64,000 bases of DNA from Alphaproteobacteria bacterium. Its GTDB lineage: Bacteria > Pseudomonadota > Alphaproteobacteria > MPNO01 > UBA2964. The notes below the pieces were generated by a model, which was not told the origin of the DNA, did not search any database, and worked only from the letters and a program-made list of their open reading frames with translations. This document shows positions 53,925 through 64,000 of this stretch, one piece after another. The translations under genes were made by a program, and so were the position numbers. How positions within the stretch are numbered: the first letter of the stretch is position 1; every line of letters begins with the position of its first letter. The stretch covers positions 28,959-92,958 of the forward strand of contig WLWZ01000014.1 in NCBI GenBank assembly GCA_012103315.1, read 5' to 3'.

Positions 53925-54569
53925 TCAACCGGACCTCCGAGTAACCAACTCAGGGGATTCCAATTGTAGCCAAACTCGCGTCCAACTATCGGAACGACGA
54001 ATAACGCTAAGATTACTATTAAAAAGCCCGACTCGCTCCAGTCGCGCTAGTTGAATCGCTAATGGTGCCGGCAGCAGCCCTACAGCGACCCGGCCACCAT
54101 CCAATGGCGGTAGTGGCAACATGTTAAAGACCGCTAAAACCAGATTGATCAGGATCGAGTTAGCCAAATTATCGGCAAACCATTTTCCGGTGTCCGGTGA
54201 AAACATTGGGGTGACGTGCAGGAGTACTGCTGAAGCCAGGGCCAGGAGGAGATTGATGGCAGGTCCTGCAGCGGCAACCCAGACCATATCTCGGCGTGGA
54301 TTGCGCAAATTATTAAAATTAACGGGAACCGGTTTTGCCCATCCAAACAGAAATTGCGCCGAGGACAAAAGCAAAATACCCGGAATAATAACTGTACCGA
54401 TCGGGTCTATATGACGAATTGGTGAAAAGGTTACCCGTCCGAGATCCTTGGCCGTATTATCCCCTAACCGCCAAGCGACAAAGCCATGCGCAGCTTCGTG
54501 AAGCGTAATGGCGATTAGAACTGGGAGTATCCAGACCGAAGCCTGATAAATTGCTGGGCTCATGCCCAT
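53925..54569 (-). CDS. Site-2 protease family (M50) membrane metalloprotease
   Basis: HEAAHG HExxH motif within a TM helix and NMLPLPPLDGG in a later helix. Confidence 0.7.
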   Translation of the reverse strand: MGMSPAIYQASVWILPVLIAITLHEAAHGFVAWRLGDNTAKDLGRVTFSPIRHIDPIGTVIIPGILLLSSAQFLFGWAKPVPVNFNNLRNPRRDMVWVAAAGPAINLLLALASAVLLHVTPMFSPDTGKWFADNLANSILINLVLAVFNMLPLPPLDGGRVAVGLLPAPLAIQLARLERVGLFNSNLSVIRRSDSWTRVWLQLESPELVTRRSG

Positions 54570-55627
54570 TCAATTTGGTGTGCGTCGAGTATGTCCTCAA
54601 GCTCTTTTAGAGCGTCTTCGGTATTTAATCCGTCAGTGGCTTGTTGATGCCGCCGCATCTTTTCAGCGGCGGCCGCCCGACTTAAGGCGTGTTGCGACAT
54701 TCTGGGAATGATTGAGGCGACCTCGGTCATGTCCTCGATTTTGCCTGAACATTCCAAGGCTAGGTCACAACCGGCTTCCAAAATTGTTTTCGCTCGCTCG
54801 CCTTTGGTACCAGCGAGCGCTTCCATTCCGATATCGTCAGACAGTAACAATCCTTCAAAGCCGATTTTATCCCGAATTATCTGTTCAATTATAACCGGTG
54901 AAATCGTCGCGGCGTGTTCCGCGTCAATTGCCGTATAGACAACATGCGCTGTCATCGCCCACGGCATCCCAGCCATGAGTTCAAAGGGCACAAAGTCAGT
55001 CGCTTCCAGCTCATCACGTGGCGTATCAACAATCGGCAGCTCTTTGTGGCTATCTGATTTTGCCCGTCCATGGCCCGGAATGTGTTTGATTATCGGTAAA
55101 ACACCTTCCGCCATGATTCCGTCAGACAGGGCCCGCCCTAGTTCCGCAATCATCTCAGCATCACGGCCAAGGGCTCGGTCACCGATAATCTCGTGCGCGC
55201 CAACGACCGGAATGTCGAGAACCGGCAAGCAATCAACGTTGATGCCCATTGCAGCAAGTTCCCGGCCTATGAGGCGAGCATTCAGATATGCCGCCCGAAC
55301 GCCTGCGGTACGGTCTTTTGCGGCAATTTCTGGAAAGACCCTGGCGGGTGGCGGATGACGCCAATGTGGCGGCTTCATTCTGGTAACCCGCCCGCCTTCC
55401 TGATCAATCAGGATGGGGGCATCTGGACGACCCACTGTTTCTTTGAACTGGGCGACAAGGTCCTTTAATTGAGCCGGCTCGACACAATTATGTTCAAAAA
55501 GGATAAGCCCAAACGGATTGCAGTCAGCAAAGAGGTCAATTTCAGCCGTCGTTAACGCAGTGTCGATACAGCCAAATATGACCGCAGATGGAATACCATT
55601 AGCGGGGTTTGACAATGAGGCATCCAA
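54560..55627 (-). CDS. nagZ: Beta-N-acetylhexosaminidase (GH3)
   Basis: GH3 N-terminal domain motifs (KHIPGHGR, LLSDDIGMEAL). 355 aa. The start may be slightly internal because of its overlap with the upstream SPOR gene. Confidence 0.85.
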   Translation of the reverse strand: MDASLSNPANGIPSAVIFGCIDTALTTAEIDLFADCNPFGLILFEHNCVEPAQLKDLVAQFKETVGRPDAPILIDQEGGRVTRMKPPHWRHPPPARVFPEIAAKDRTAGVRAAYLNARLIGRELAAMGINVDCLPVLDIPVVGAHEIIGDRALGRDAEMIAELGRALSDGIMAEGVLPIIKHIPGHGRAKSDSHKELPIVDTPRDELEATDFVPFELMAGMPWAMTAHVVYTAIDAEHAATISPVIIEQIIRDKIGFEGLLLSDDIGMEALAGTKGERAKTILEAGCDLALECSGKIEDMTEVASIIPRMSQHALSRAAAAEKMRRHQQATDGLNTEDALKELEDILDAHQIEWA

Positions 55628-56465
55628 TTTTTCTTTTCTTCGCTTGAGAGCACAGGGTTCGTGCTGCCGTTTGACCTTTTAAGGTACCTGCTTGCAGGCG
55701 GTAATACGTCCCTTTTCCGGCAATTACGGCCCGAACAACGTTGGGTTTTAATTGCCCAAACAAAGATGGGTTACTTTTTTTGAGTTTGCGCCACATGGCA
55801 TTTGCGGCCTTTTCAGAACGCAATGATGCAATCTGTATCCGATAGACATTTCCAAGCGCAGTACTCTTTTTAACCGGAGCGACAACCTTTTTAACAGGTT
55901 GGGCTACAGATTTTACGGGCTTGGAAAGCGCGGCCATTTTCTTTTCGGTTTTTGGTTTAACCGCGGCCGCTTTAACAATCGACGATTTAACTACAGGTCT
56001 CCGCGGCGCGGCGATAATCGGCGGCGGCGGTGGAGGCGCTACAAAACTGGAGCCGGCAGCCGGTTCGGTTTTTACCGCCTGGGCAACTTCTGTTTTGGTA
56101 ATTTCTTTCACTTTCATGGGTGCCGGCTTGGGCATCGCTGGTTCCGGTTCGGGAAGCAGGCTTTCGACCTTTTCCTTCTTAGCGTTTGGATCAAGCCGGT
56201 TATAGACATCCTTCTCCTGATCATGGATCGGCATGCCAGCAGGTTTCTCGGGCTTTACCTTAGTAGGTCCGTGCTGAGCTTGGATAACAGGTGTCCCGGC
56301 GATTGCGCCTTTCTCCTTACCTTTGTCATAACTAAAAACAAGGATCATGGCGAAACCGCCCATAGCGGCCATAGCCACCATTCCGGTTAAAATTCGGCGT
56401 CCCCAACGCGGGTTTTTGCCCGATTCAGACGTTGGTGCTCTTTGTTCACCTAATAAATCATTCAT
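55599..56465 (-). CDS. SPOR-domain cell-division/peptidoglycan-binding protein
   Basis: N-terminal TM, a long Pro/Ala/Lys-rich linker and a C-terminal SPOR domain (YRIQIASLRSEKAANAMWRKL ... YRLQAG). Confidence 0.7.
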   Translation of the reverse strand: MNDLLGEQRAPTSESGKNPRWGRRILTGMVAMAAMGGFAMILVFSYDKGKEKGAIAGTPVIQAQHGPTKVKPEKPAGMPIHDQEKDVYNRLDPNAKKEKVESLLPEPEPAMPKPAPMKVKEITKTEVAQAVKTEPAAGSSFVAPPPPPPIIAAPRRPVVKSSIVKAAAVKPKTEKKMAALSKPVKSVAQPVKKVVAPVKKSTALGNVYRIQIASLRSEKAANAMWRKLKKSNPSLFGQLKPNVVRAVIAGKGTYYRLQAGTLKGQTAARTLCSQAKKRKIGCLIVKPR

Positions 56466-58219
56466 CAGCGCATCTCCTCGACCGGTTCGACTCCCATAAC
56501 GGCGAGACCGGAGGCTATTACAACGGCTACAGCACGGGCCAAAGCCACGCGGGCTACGGTTGTTGTGCTGTCGCCAGGCACAATGAACCGCAATGACTCG
56601 TCCGCATTACCCCGGTTCCAAAAGGCATGAAACGATGCCGCAAGATCCGACAGATAAAACGCAACCCGGTGTGGCTCATGAGCGAGTGCCGCGCTTTCAA
56701 CAATCTGGGGCCAACTGGCCAATTCTTTGATCATCGCAAGCTCACCAGGGTCCTGCAGTTGCGCGACATCAGCACTTGAGAGGCTCGAATCGTCAAGCAG
56801 GAGGTCGGGAAAGGCATCAGCTGTATTTCGGATCACCGAGCATATCCTGGCATGGGCATATTGTACGTAGAATACGGGATTATCTTTGCTCTGCTCTGTA
56901 ACTTTTTTGAGATCGAAATCCAGCGAGGCGTCGCTACTTCGCGTTAACATCATGAACCGAACAGCCGCTTTTCCGACTTCGTCGACAACGTCCCGCAATG
57001 TCACGAAGGACCCCGCCCGTTTGGACATCTTCGCGGGTTTACCGTCTTCCAGCAGATTCACGAGATTACACAGCCTGACATCCAAAGAGCCTTTATCTTC
57101 AGTAATGGCGTTAACCGCGGATTGCATACGTTTGACATAGCCTTTGTGATCCGCTCCCCAGACATCAATCATGGAGGCAAAGCCGCGTCTATACTTGTCA
57201 CGGTGATAGCCAATGTCTGACGCAAAGTAGGTCCAGTCACCTTCGGCCTTTTTGAGCGGCCGATCGACATCATCGCCAAAATTCGCGGATCGGAACAATA
57301 ATTGTGGTCGCTCTTCCCAGTCTTCAGGCAATTTACCCTTGGGCGGATCAAGGACTCCCATATAGACGAGATCTCGGGATTGTAGCTCCTCGACGACCTC
57401 ATCATTGGCACCGGTCCCGACAAGGGTGCGCTCCGAGGTAAACACATCATGCTTCACGCCGAGGGCGGCTAGATCATCGCGAATGAGTGCCATCATAGCG
57501 TCTATTGCGAAGACCCGGAGTGCTGCGAGCCATTCCTCTTCGGCCGCATCCCGCCATTTATCGCCGTCCCGCTGGGCCAGCTCCTGGCCTGCCTGTTTTA
57601 GATAATCGCCGGGATATAGGCCGTCCGGGATAGCCCCAATATCTTCGCCCAACGCTTCCCGGTAGCGAAGATGTGTCGACCTCGCGAGCACGTCGACCTG
57701 CGCACCGGCATCATTGATGTAATATTCCCGGGTAACGTTATATCCGGCCTTGTTGAGCAAGGATGCCAGCGCATCGCCGATAACAGCGCCTCGCGCATGC
57801 CCAATATGCATAGGCCCTGTGGGGTTTGCGGAAACATACTCGACATTTACGGCTTCATTGCTGCCGAGGTCACAATCGCCGTATGCCGTTCCAGCTTTGA
57901 GTACAGCTGGAATTTGGTTCGTCCAGAACTCTGGTACTAACCGTAAATTGATAAATCCCGGTCCAGCAACGTCGGCACCAGCGATATCAACACATTGCGT
58001 CAATCGATCAGCCAGCAATTGCCCTAATTCTCTAGGGTTTGTCTTGGCTGGCTTGGCCAGCACCATCGCGGCATTGGATGCAAGATCACCATGCGCCGGG
58101 TCCTTAGTTGGCTCCACGCCTATTCGACTAAGATCCAGTCCAACTGGAAACTTGCCATCAACGATTAATGCTTCTACCTCTACAAGAAGTATATCTTTTA
58201 TATATTTGAAATAATTCAT
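56465..58219 (-). CDS. argS: Arginine--tRNA ligase
   Basis: Class I HIGH region ([14 protein letters not shown]), KMSKR motif and a DALR anticodon-binding C-terminus. The start is taken at MNYFKY. Confidence 0.9.
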   Translation of the reverse strand: MNYFKYIKDILLVEVEALIVDGKFPVGLDLSRIGVEPTKDPAHGDLASNAAMVLAKPAKTNPRELGQLLADRLTQCVDIAGADVAGPGFINLRLVPEFWTNQIPAVLKAGTAYGDCDLGSNEAVNVEYVSANPTGPMHIGHARGAVIGDALASLLNKAGYNVTREYYINDAGAQVDVLARSTHLRYREALGEDIGAIPDGLYPGDYLKQAGQELAQRDGDKWRDAAEEEWLAALRVFAIDAMMALIRDDLAALGVKHDVFTSERTLVGTGANDEVVEELQSRDLVYMGVLDPPKGKLPEDWEERPQLLFRSANFGDDVDRPLKKAEGDWTYFASDIGYHRDKYRRGFASMIDVWGADHKGYVKRMQSAVNAITEDKGSLDVRLCNLVNLLEDGKPAKMSKRAGSFVTLRDVVDEVGKAAVRFMMLTRSSDASLDFDLKKVTEQSKDNPVFYVQYAHARICSVIRNTADAFPDLLLDDSSLSSADVAQLQDPGELAMIKELASWPQIVESAALAHEPHRVAFYLSDLAASFHAFWNRGNADESLRFIVPGDSTTTVARVALARAVAVVIASGLAVMGVEPVEEMR

Positions 58220-58220
58220 C

Positions 58221-59414
58221 TTATTCGTACAAATCAAACTGTCGACGGTGTTCTTCTAAAGCAAATCTGTCTGTCATCCCGGCAATGTAATCCGCTACCA
58301 TTTTCGCCCGTCCTGTATCGTCGACATTTTCGAGTTTACGTTGCCAGTCGACAGGCATTAGCCCGGTTTCTGAGACAAACAGCTGAAAAAGGTCCTGAAT
58401 AACCCGACCAGCTTTGTTGGTCATCCGGTTAACCCGCGGATGGCGATACATCCGTTCAAACAGAAAAGTCTTTAATCCACGGTTCATTTCCAACATGTCG
58501 CGCGATAAAGCAACCACTGGTTCATCAAGACCTCTGACAGCCTCCGCAGATTCTGGCTGAAACTTATCCAGTCGACTTCGGGTTTCGGTTAGCAAGTCAT
58601 CAACCATCCGATCAATCATACGCCGCGTCGACTCGTGAATGACGCGGCCTTTCTCCAAGTTCGGATACTTTTTTGTAACTTCTTCAATAACGGGTCCGAC
58701 AAGGGGTTGTTCCTGCAAATCCTCAACACTGAATAATCCCGCCCGCAGACCGTCATCCACGTCATGCGTGTTATAAGCAATATCATCCGCGAGGGCTGCG
58801 ATTTGGGCCTCAATACCGGGCTGCGTATGCCATTCGAGGTCCTGACGGGAGGCATACTCGGCCAACGCCCAAGGTAATTTGGCGATATCGTGCGGTTGAG
58901 AAATTAAAGGCCCGTTATGTTTTGCCAGACCTTCAAGTGTTTCCCAGGTGAGGTTAAGTCCGTCGAAGTCTGCATATCGAGCTTCGAGCTGCGTGACGAT
59001 GCGAATGGCCTGGCCGTTATGATCAAAGCCGCCATAGGGCGCCATGACAGCCTGCAGAGCGTCTTCCCCCGCATGGCCAAAGGGGGGATGTCCAAGATCG
59101 TGCGCTAGAGCCAATGCCTCAGCCATATCCTCATTGGTTCCCAAGACCCGGGCCAGGGATCGTGCGATCTGTGCAACCTCAAGGCTATGGGTTAGGCGCG
59201 TTCGGTAATGATCACCCTCGTGATAGACAAAGACTTGGGTTTTATATTTCAAACGGCGAAAAGCACTTGAATGAACAATCCGATCACGATCACGTTGAAA
59301 AACCGATCGTGTGAGACTTTCAGTTTCCTCAAACAGCCTGCCCCGACTGGTATTCGTGTCGCTGGCATAAACTGCCGGCGCTGTTCGCGTCTGGGGTTTT
59401 GCGTCCGCATTCAT
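58221..59414 (-). CDS. dgt: dGTP triphosphohydrolase-like HD-domain protein
   Basis: HD motif ([31 protein letters not shown]). 397 aa. Confidence 0.85.
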   Translation of the reverse strand: MNADAKPQTRTAPAVYASDTNTSRGRLFEETESLTRSVFQRDRDRIVHSSAFRRLKYKTQVFVYHEGDHYRTRLTHSLEVAQIARSLARVLGTNEDMAEALALAHDLGHPPFGHAGEDALQAVMAPYGGFDHNGQAIRIVTQLEARYADFDGLNLTWETLEGLAKHNGPLISQPHDIAKLPWALAEYASRQDLEWHTQPGIEAQIAALADDIAYNTHDVDDGLRAGLFSVEDLQEQPLVGPVIEEVTKKYPNLEKGRVIHESTRRMIDRMVDDLLTETRSRLDKFQPESAEAVRGLDEPVVALSRDMLEMNRGLKTFLFERMYRHPRVNRMTNKAGRVIQDLFQLFVSETGLMPVDWQRKLENVDDTGRAKMVADYIAGMTDRFALEEHRRQFDLYE

Positions 59415-59556
59415 AGTTGGAACCTAGGTGTCTCTCGCGTTAACCGGCAATTCAGCGTCAAATATGCCCTAAAACTTTGAAACAAGCTGTTGACCACTGC
59501 CCATCTCGTCCTTAATTACCGTTTCATAATGATTCTATGCTAAAGTCAGCTGGCAA

Positions 59557-59922
59557 TTGGATAATATCGCTAAAATGACAGACTCACCCGAACAAACCGT
59601 CCAAATCAGTGATAGCGCTGTAAATCGAATCCGCAATCTCACGACAGATGGCGAATTCAAGGATATGCAGTTTCGTGTCGCCGTCTCAGGTGGTGGGTGT
59701 TCAGGGTTTCAATACGCCTTCTCCTTTGACGACGAACAATGCGGCGATGATCGTGTAATTGAACGCGATGGCGTCGCCGTCCTTATCGATGAAACGTCCT
59801 GGGAATATGTTGTTGGCAGTGAATTACATTATGCCGAAGAGCTTGTTGGCTCCTTCTTCACCATGCGGAATCCAAATGCCGCATCGACCTGTGGCTGCGG
59901 CGTTTCGTTCTCGATTGGCTGA
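59557..59922 (+). CDS. erpA: Iron-sulfur cluster insertion protein ErpA (HesB/IscA family)
   Basis: FRVAVSGGGCSGFQY ... CGCGVSF A-type carrier Cys triad. Confidence 0.85.
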   Translation: MDNIAKMTDSPEQTVQISDSAVNRIRNLTTDGEFKDMQFRVAVSGGGCSGFQYAFSFDDEQCGDDRVIERDGVAVLIDETSWEYVVGSELHYAEELVGSFFTMRNPNAASTCGCGVSFSIG

Positions 59923-59996
59923 ATCCCGGTTTTTGCGTTAGAACAACAACGCGACAACAACACTTCTTATTCATTGCCAAACCGCCGGGATGAAGA

Positions 59997-60785
59997 ATGG
60001 CTAAAATAGCGACCTGGAATGTCAACTCGATCCGAGCACGCCTACCCCGTGTCTTGGAATGGTTGGCTGAATTTTCTCCTGATGTGGCCCTGTTACAGGA
60101 AATTAAAGTTGTCGATGAGGCCTTTCCAGCGTTGGAGATCGAAGAGCTCGGCTATAATCTCGCGATCCATGGACAGAAAACCTATAATGGTGTCGCTATC
60201 CTGTCCAAAAGCCCGATAGAAGATATCCGGTGTGGCCTGCCGGGCGACGACTCGGACGAACAGGCCCGTTACATTGAAGCCTTCACGGGCGGTCTTCGTG
60301 TTGCATCAATCTACCTCCCGAATGGGAACCCCGTCCCCGGCGAGAAATTCGACTACAAAATTGCCTGGATGGACCGCTTGATAACCCATGCAGAAAGCCT
60401 TCTCGTCAACGAAGAAGCCTTCGTTTTGGGCGGTGATTACAATGTTATTCCGGCTGACGGTGATTGCTATGACCCTGCGCGTTGGGTGGGTGACGCTTTG
60501 TGCCAGCCGGAATCGCGTAATCGTTTTCGATCTCTGCTGAACCTCGGACTTACCGAAGCTTTCCGTTCGCTTCATCCTGAACCCGGTCGTTATAGCTATT
60601 GGGACTATACGGGTGGCTCCTGGCAGAAAGACTTTGGTGTCCGGATTGATCACCTTCTGCTGTCGCCGCAAGCGTCCGATCGTTTGATCGAGTGCGATAT
60701 CGACAAGACGCCGCGCGGCAAAGAAAAACCTTCCGATCATACCCCTGTTTGGTGTGAGATCGGAGATGAAGGGGCTGTTTTCTGA
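59997..60785 (+). CDS. xthA: Exodeoxyribonuclease III
   Basis: MKIATWNVNSIRAR start and the conserved catalytic residues of the EEP-fold Xth/APE1 family. 262 aa. Confidence 0.9.
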   Translation: MAKIATWNVNSIRARLPRVLEWLAEFSPDVALLQEIKVVDEAFPALEIEELGYNLAIHGQKTYNGVAILSKSPIEDIRCGLPGDDSDEQARYIEAFTGGLRVASIYLPNGNPVPGEKFDYKIAWMDRLITHAESLLVNEEAFVLGGDYNVIPADGDCYDPARWVGDALCQPESRNRFRSLLNLGLTEAFRSLHPEPGRYSYWDYTGGSWQKDFGVRIDHLLLSPQASDRLIECDIDKTPRGKEKPSDHTPVWCEIGDEGAVF

Positions 60786-60967
60786 TGCAACGTTATCTAT
60801 TAGGGGCGACCTTGTTTGGCTTAATCTGGGCGTCTATCGCCTATACGCAACAAGGTGTAAGCGATCCGGTTAAATTGATTGCCGGTGTTCTGGTCTTTGT
60901 CGTGCTTGGAACAACAATCTGTACCCTGCTCTCCTATGTCGTTCAGTGGTTTAAAAATCAAAAATGA
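60785..60967 (+). CDS. Small two-TM membrane protein (hypothetical)
   Basis: 60 aa with two hydrophobic helices. Its start overlaps the xthA stop (TGATG) and its stop overlaps the next ATG (ATGA), which suggests it is translated. Confidence 0.35.
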   Translation: MQRYLLGATLFGLIWASIAYTQQGVSDPVKLIAGVLVFVVLGTTICTLLSYVVQWFKNQK

Positions 60968-62565
60968 ATAATGCCGAACTGATCGTCGCAACGCTCAAGA
61001 AAGCGGGTGTAAATCACGGCTTTGGAATCCCCAGTGGCAATGTCTTGCCGGTGATGGAAGCCATGCGAACTGGCGGCATTGAGTTTGTGCTGACCGCGCA
61101 TGAAGGTTCAGCTGGATTCGCAGCCGATGTTACGGGGCGGCTCACGGGTATTCCTGGTTTTTGTATCGCAACGCTCGGCCCAGGCGCTACTAACCTTGCG
61201 ACTGGGGTTGGCAATGCGTGGCTTGATCGTTCGCCGATGATCGCTATGACCTGCAATTTGAATACAGATCAGCTCGGCCGTCGTATCCAGATGTATATTG
61301 ATCATCATGCGCTGTTTGCGCCAATCACCAAAGCGACCCTGCCCCTACGCGAGGGCAATGTCGCAGAGACCTTGGCAGAAGCAATCAAGATTGCAACGAC
61401 GGAACCTTATGGTCCAGTACACCTCGATCTCCCTGAAGATGTTGCCTTGGCAGCAGCCCAGGAAGAGATCCCGGAGTTCAGTTTGCCGCAAGCGCCGAAA
61501 GCGGCGCCACAAGCTGATCTTGATGAGGCGGTTGCTGCCCTCTCAGAGTCCAAAAGGCCCGTCGCTATCCTGGGGTCAACGGCGATGCGGATCGAAGACC
61601 ATGGGCAAATTCTGGCCTTTATTGAAAAACACCAGATACCTTTCGCGACCACCACAATGGCCAAAGGTCTCATTGATGATGACCATCCCTTGGCCATAGG
61701 TTGTATCGAACGAGCCTGTCGACAACATCAGAGAACGTTTCTGCGCTCTGCAGATTTAATAGTTGGCGTTGGTTATGACACTATTGAGGTCGAGTTTGAG
61801 GCGTGGATTGGTGACACGCCACTGCTGCAAATTGATATCGACAAAGCAGACCTGGCAGACAGCGTGACCCTAAGATATGAAGTAACGGGTGATCTGAGCC
61901 AGTCGTTGGAGGTCCTCGCAGACACAGCTTCGATCTCAAATGATTGGGCAGCCTCGGAGCTAATTGGTCACCGCAAGACCTTCAATGAACTATTGCGGCC
62001 CATAGGCAGTGGATTTACGGCCTATCAAGCGATCGATGCCGTACGTGCGGCCCTGCCGTCAGATGGAATTCTTAGTTTCGACGTCGGCGCCCATACGCAT
62101 CAGATCGCCAGCCAATGGAATTCACCTGCTGCAAAGCGCTTTTTAATCACGAATGGCTGGTCTTCCATGGGATTTGGCCTTCCCTCAGCGATTGCGGCTA
62201 AACTAGCCTGCCCCGATCAGCCGGTAGTATGCCTCATTGGCGACGGTTGTTTTCAAATGACCTGTGGCGAGTTAGCGACCGCGAAGAGGCAAGGAATTAC
62301 CCTTCCTGTGGTCGTTCTAGATGATCGTTGGCTTGGATTGATCCGGGTGAAACAGATGCGCCGCCAGTACGGCATATACGGAACAGAGCTTCAGCCAGAA
62401 GAATATCGTGATCCGCCGGAGCATTATTTCGGGGTTCCCGCTATGGGTGTTCGTAATCCTGAAGAGTTAAGAGCCGCAGTCGAGAACGCCTTAAACGCGG
62501 ACGGCCCAATTGTAATCGAAGCGGTTGTCGACTCTGAGCACTATATCGAGACGGTTTTCGATTAA
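60964..62565 (+). CDS. Thiamine-pyrophosphate-dependent enzyme (acetolactate synthase-like)
   Basis: TPP enzyme N-terminal domain (GFGIPSGNVLPVMEA) and C-terminal GDGCFQM ... TPP-binding fold. 533 aa. Confidence 0.7.
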   Translation: MNNAELIVATLKKAGVNHGFGIPSGNVLPVMEAMRTGGIEFVLTAHEGSAGFAADVTGRLTGIPGFCIATLGPGATNLATGVGNAWLDRSPMIAMTCNLNTDQLGRRIQMYIDHHALFAPITKATLPLREGNVAETLAEAIKIATTEPYGPVHLDLPEDVALAAAQEEIPEFSLPQAPKAAPQADLDEAVAALSESKRPVAILGSTAMRIEDHGQILAFIEKHQIPFATTTMAKGLIDDDHPLAIGCIERACRQHQRTFLRSADLIVGVGYDTIEVEFEAWIGDTPLLQIDIDKADLADSVTLRYEVTGDLSQSLEVLADTASISNDWAASELIGHRKTFNELLRPIGSGFTAYQAIDAVRAALPSDGILSFDVGAHTHQIASQWNSPAAKRFLITNGWSSMGFGLPSAIAAKLACPDQPVVCLIGDGCFQMTCGELATAKRQGITLPVVVLDDRWLGLIRVKQMRRQYGIYGTELQPEEYRDPPEHYFGVPAMGVRNPEELRAAVENALNADGPIVIEAVVDSEHYIETVFD

Positions 62566-62577
62566 GAGCGGCTTTGG

Positions 62578-63054
62578 TTACCAGAAGTCCTTGTGGCCTT
62601 CAGCAACTTCCTCTTCAAGCTCTGAAAAAGGCCCACGCGTACTCACCTTACGCTGGCCCGCTGCGAAGACGTCCTCACAGGATAGATTCAAAGTGAGGTT
62701 TTCCGGGTTTTCGCCTGTAAGAACTGCCAGTCGCTTTTCGGTCATGCCGTAGACCACTGTTCCAATGCCGGCCCAATAACAAGCACCGGCACACATGCAG
62801 CAAGGCTCAACAGACGTGTAAAGCGTGCATTGCTCCAGAAATTCGGCCCCATATTGTTGGCTGGCTGCTCTCGCGACATTGGCCTCGGCATGCCCGACAC
62901 CGCGGTCATCCTTAAAAGAATTACCGCTCCGCAAGAGTACTTCGTTTTCCGGACTAACCAAAATAGCCCCAAACGGATGGTTTCCGCCGTCGCGGCTTTC
63001 CTTCGCTATGCGAATGGTTTCACGGATATGTTTGAGATCGTCTTTCATGAGCAA
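62578..63054 (-). CDS. CMP/dCMP-type nucleoside deaminase (TadA/guanine deaminase-like)
   Basis: HAE zinc-ligand motif and PCCMCAGA. 158 aa. Confidence 0.75.
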   Translation of the reverse strand: MLMKDDLKHIRETIRIAKESRDGGNHPFGAILVSPENEVLLRSGNSFKDDRGVGHAEANVARAASQQYGAEFLEQCTLYTSVEPCCMCAGACYWAGIGTVVYGMTEKRLAVLTGENPENLTLNLSCEDVFAAGQRKVSTRGPFSELEEEVAEGHKDFW

Positions 63055-63463
63055 TCGACGACAAATTGGGCCTAATTCAGCCCTTAATCTGATCTAAAAT
63101 CGCGATGACATCATTCATGTCCTCTGCGAGAAATGTATTGGAATCTCGCAAAACAACTTTCAGATCTTCGCGTTCTTGCTCACTAAGACCGTCGATAAAC
63201 TGCGAGAATCCAGGCGAAACACCATCCGTCATTGTCCTCATCCCATTTATTTCGTGCTGGCCCAATTTTTAATAAATGGTTCCAGCAACGCCTGTTTATT
63301 AAGACTTTGTCGATCCTGGCACTGTGGCTCTTTCTCAGATCGAAACAAATCTCTTCAACTATAACAATACGTTACGATGAGACTGTCTAATAAACAACAA
63401 GTTTTTTATTAATATCAATAGTTTATTGGTTAACATTAATGGTTAACTTAAAAACCTTTTAGG

Positions 63464-64000
63464 CTAAATATCGGCGTAACAATGGCTCTCAGCTTTGCCG
63501 CCAGGATGAACAACCGCGCCTGCCGATGCTGGCCCAACCGTTTGCGCATAACGCCAAAGCGCACCAGATTGGAAGTCATGTTTCCGCGGTTTCCAAGCTT
63601 TCTTGCGTTTCGCCAATTCGGCTTTGGTGAGAGCAACATTCATTTTGCCCTTATTGGCATCGATTGAGATGATGTCACCATTCTTTAAGAGACCAATTGG
63701 TCCCCCAACAGCGGCTTCAGGACCAACATGGCCAATGCAAAACCCACGGGTCCCCCCGGAGAAACGTCCATCTGTGATCAAAGCGACCTTTTCGCCCATC
63801 CCTTGGCCATACAAAGCAGCAGTTGTTGACAGCATCTCACGCATGCCGGGGCCCCCTTTGGGGCCTTCATAGCGAATAACGATGACATCACCTTCATTGA
63901 TTTTCCCGCCAACAACGGCTTCAAAAGCGTCTTCTTCACATTCGAATACTCTGGCAGGGCCTTTGAATGTTAGGGTTTCCATACCGGCAACCTTCACAAT
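63464..64000 (-). CDS. ilvD: Dihydroxy-acid dehydratase (IlvD/EDD family), C-terminal part; gene continues beyond the window end
   Basis: C-terminal IlvD/EDD motifs ([31 protein letters not shown]). The minus-strand ORF runs off the window end. Confidence 0.85.
   Translation of the reverse strand: MVKVAGMETLTFKGPARVFECEEDAFEAVVGGKINEGDVIVIRYEGPKGGPGMREMLSTTAALYGQGMGEKVALITDGRFSGGTRGFCIGHVGPEAAVGGPIGLLKNGDIISIDANKGKMNVALTKAELAKRKKAWKPRKHDFQSGALWRYAQTVGPASAGAVVHPGGKAESHCYADI

Noticed and set aside
63077-63265. 62-aa minus-strand ORF between the deaminase and ilvD
   Set aside because: It is short and acidic with no recognisable fold or coupling signals. Evidence is too weak to call.

Overview
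The window looks like an alphaproteobacterial chromosome (about 50% GC), apparently marine. The right half is core housekeeping with conserved gene order: yajC-secD-secF, serS-pcm-nlpD, tatABC, scpAB, nagZ, argS, dgt, erpA, xthA and a partial ilvD. The left and middle hold accessory or metabolic modules: a type III PKS with a coupled ICMT-type methyltransferase, followed by a membrane 2Fe-2S-ferredoxin/adenylate-cyclase fusion, and then a CoA-dependent catabolic cluster. After these come twin MFS transporters, an atypical receiver-domain protein and frmA. Then come a PEP-CTERM protein, a UbiD-family decarboxylase with an enolase-superfamily enzyme and a VOC protein, tRNA-Lys, coaD-gyrA-ssb, hpnC/hpnE hopanoid genes and a GctAB-type CoA-transferase. 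The standout is a six-gene insertion between the normally adjacent divergent ssb and uvrA genes. It carries a ring-cleavage (LigB-family) cassette and ends in a secreted thioredoxin-fold redoxin whose active-site WCxxC cysteine codon is an in-frame TGA. A two-tier hairpin with a GGUC apical loop starts 7 nt downstream of that TGA. This gene is either a candidate selenoprotein (UxxC) or a pseudogene. No sel genes, CRISPR arrays, transposases or integrases were seen in the window.
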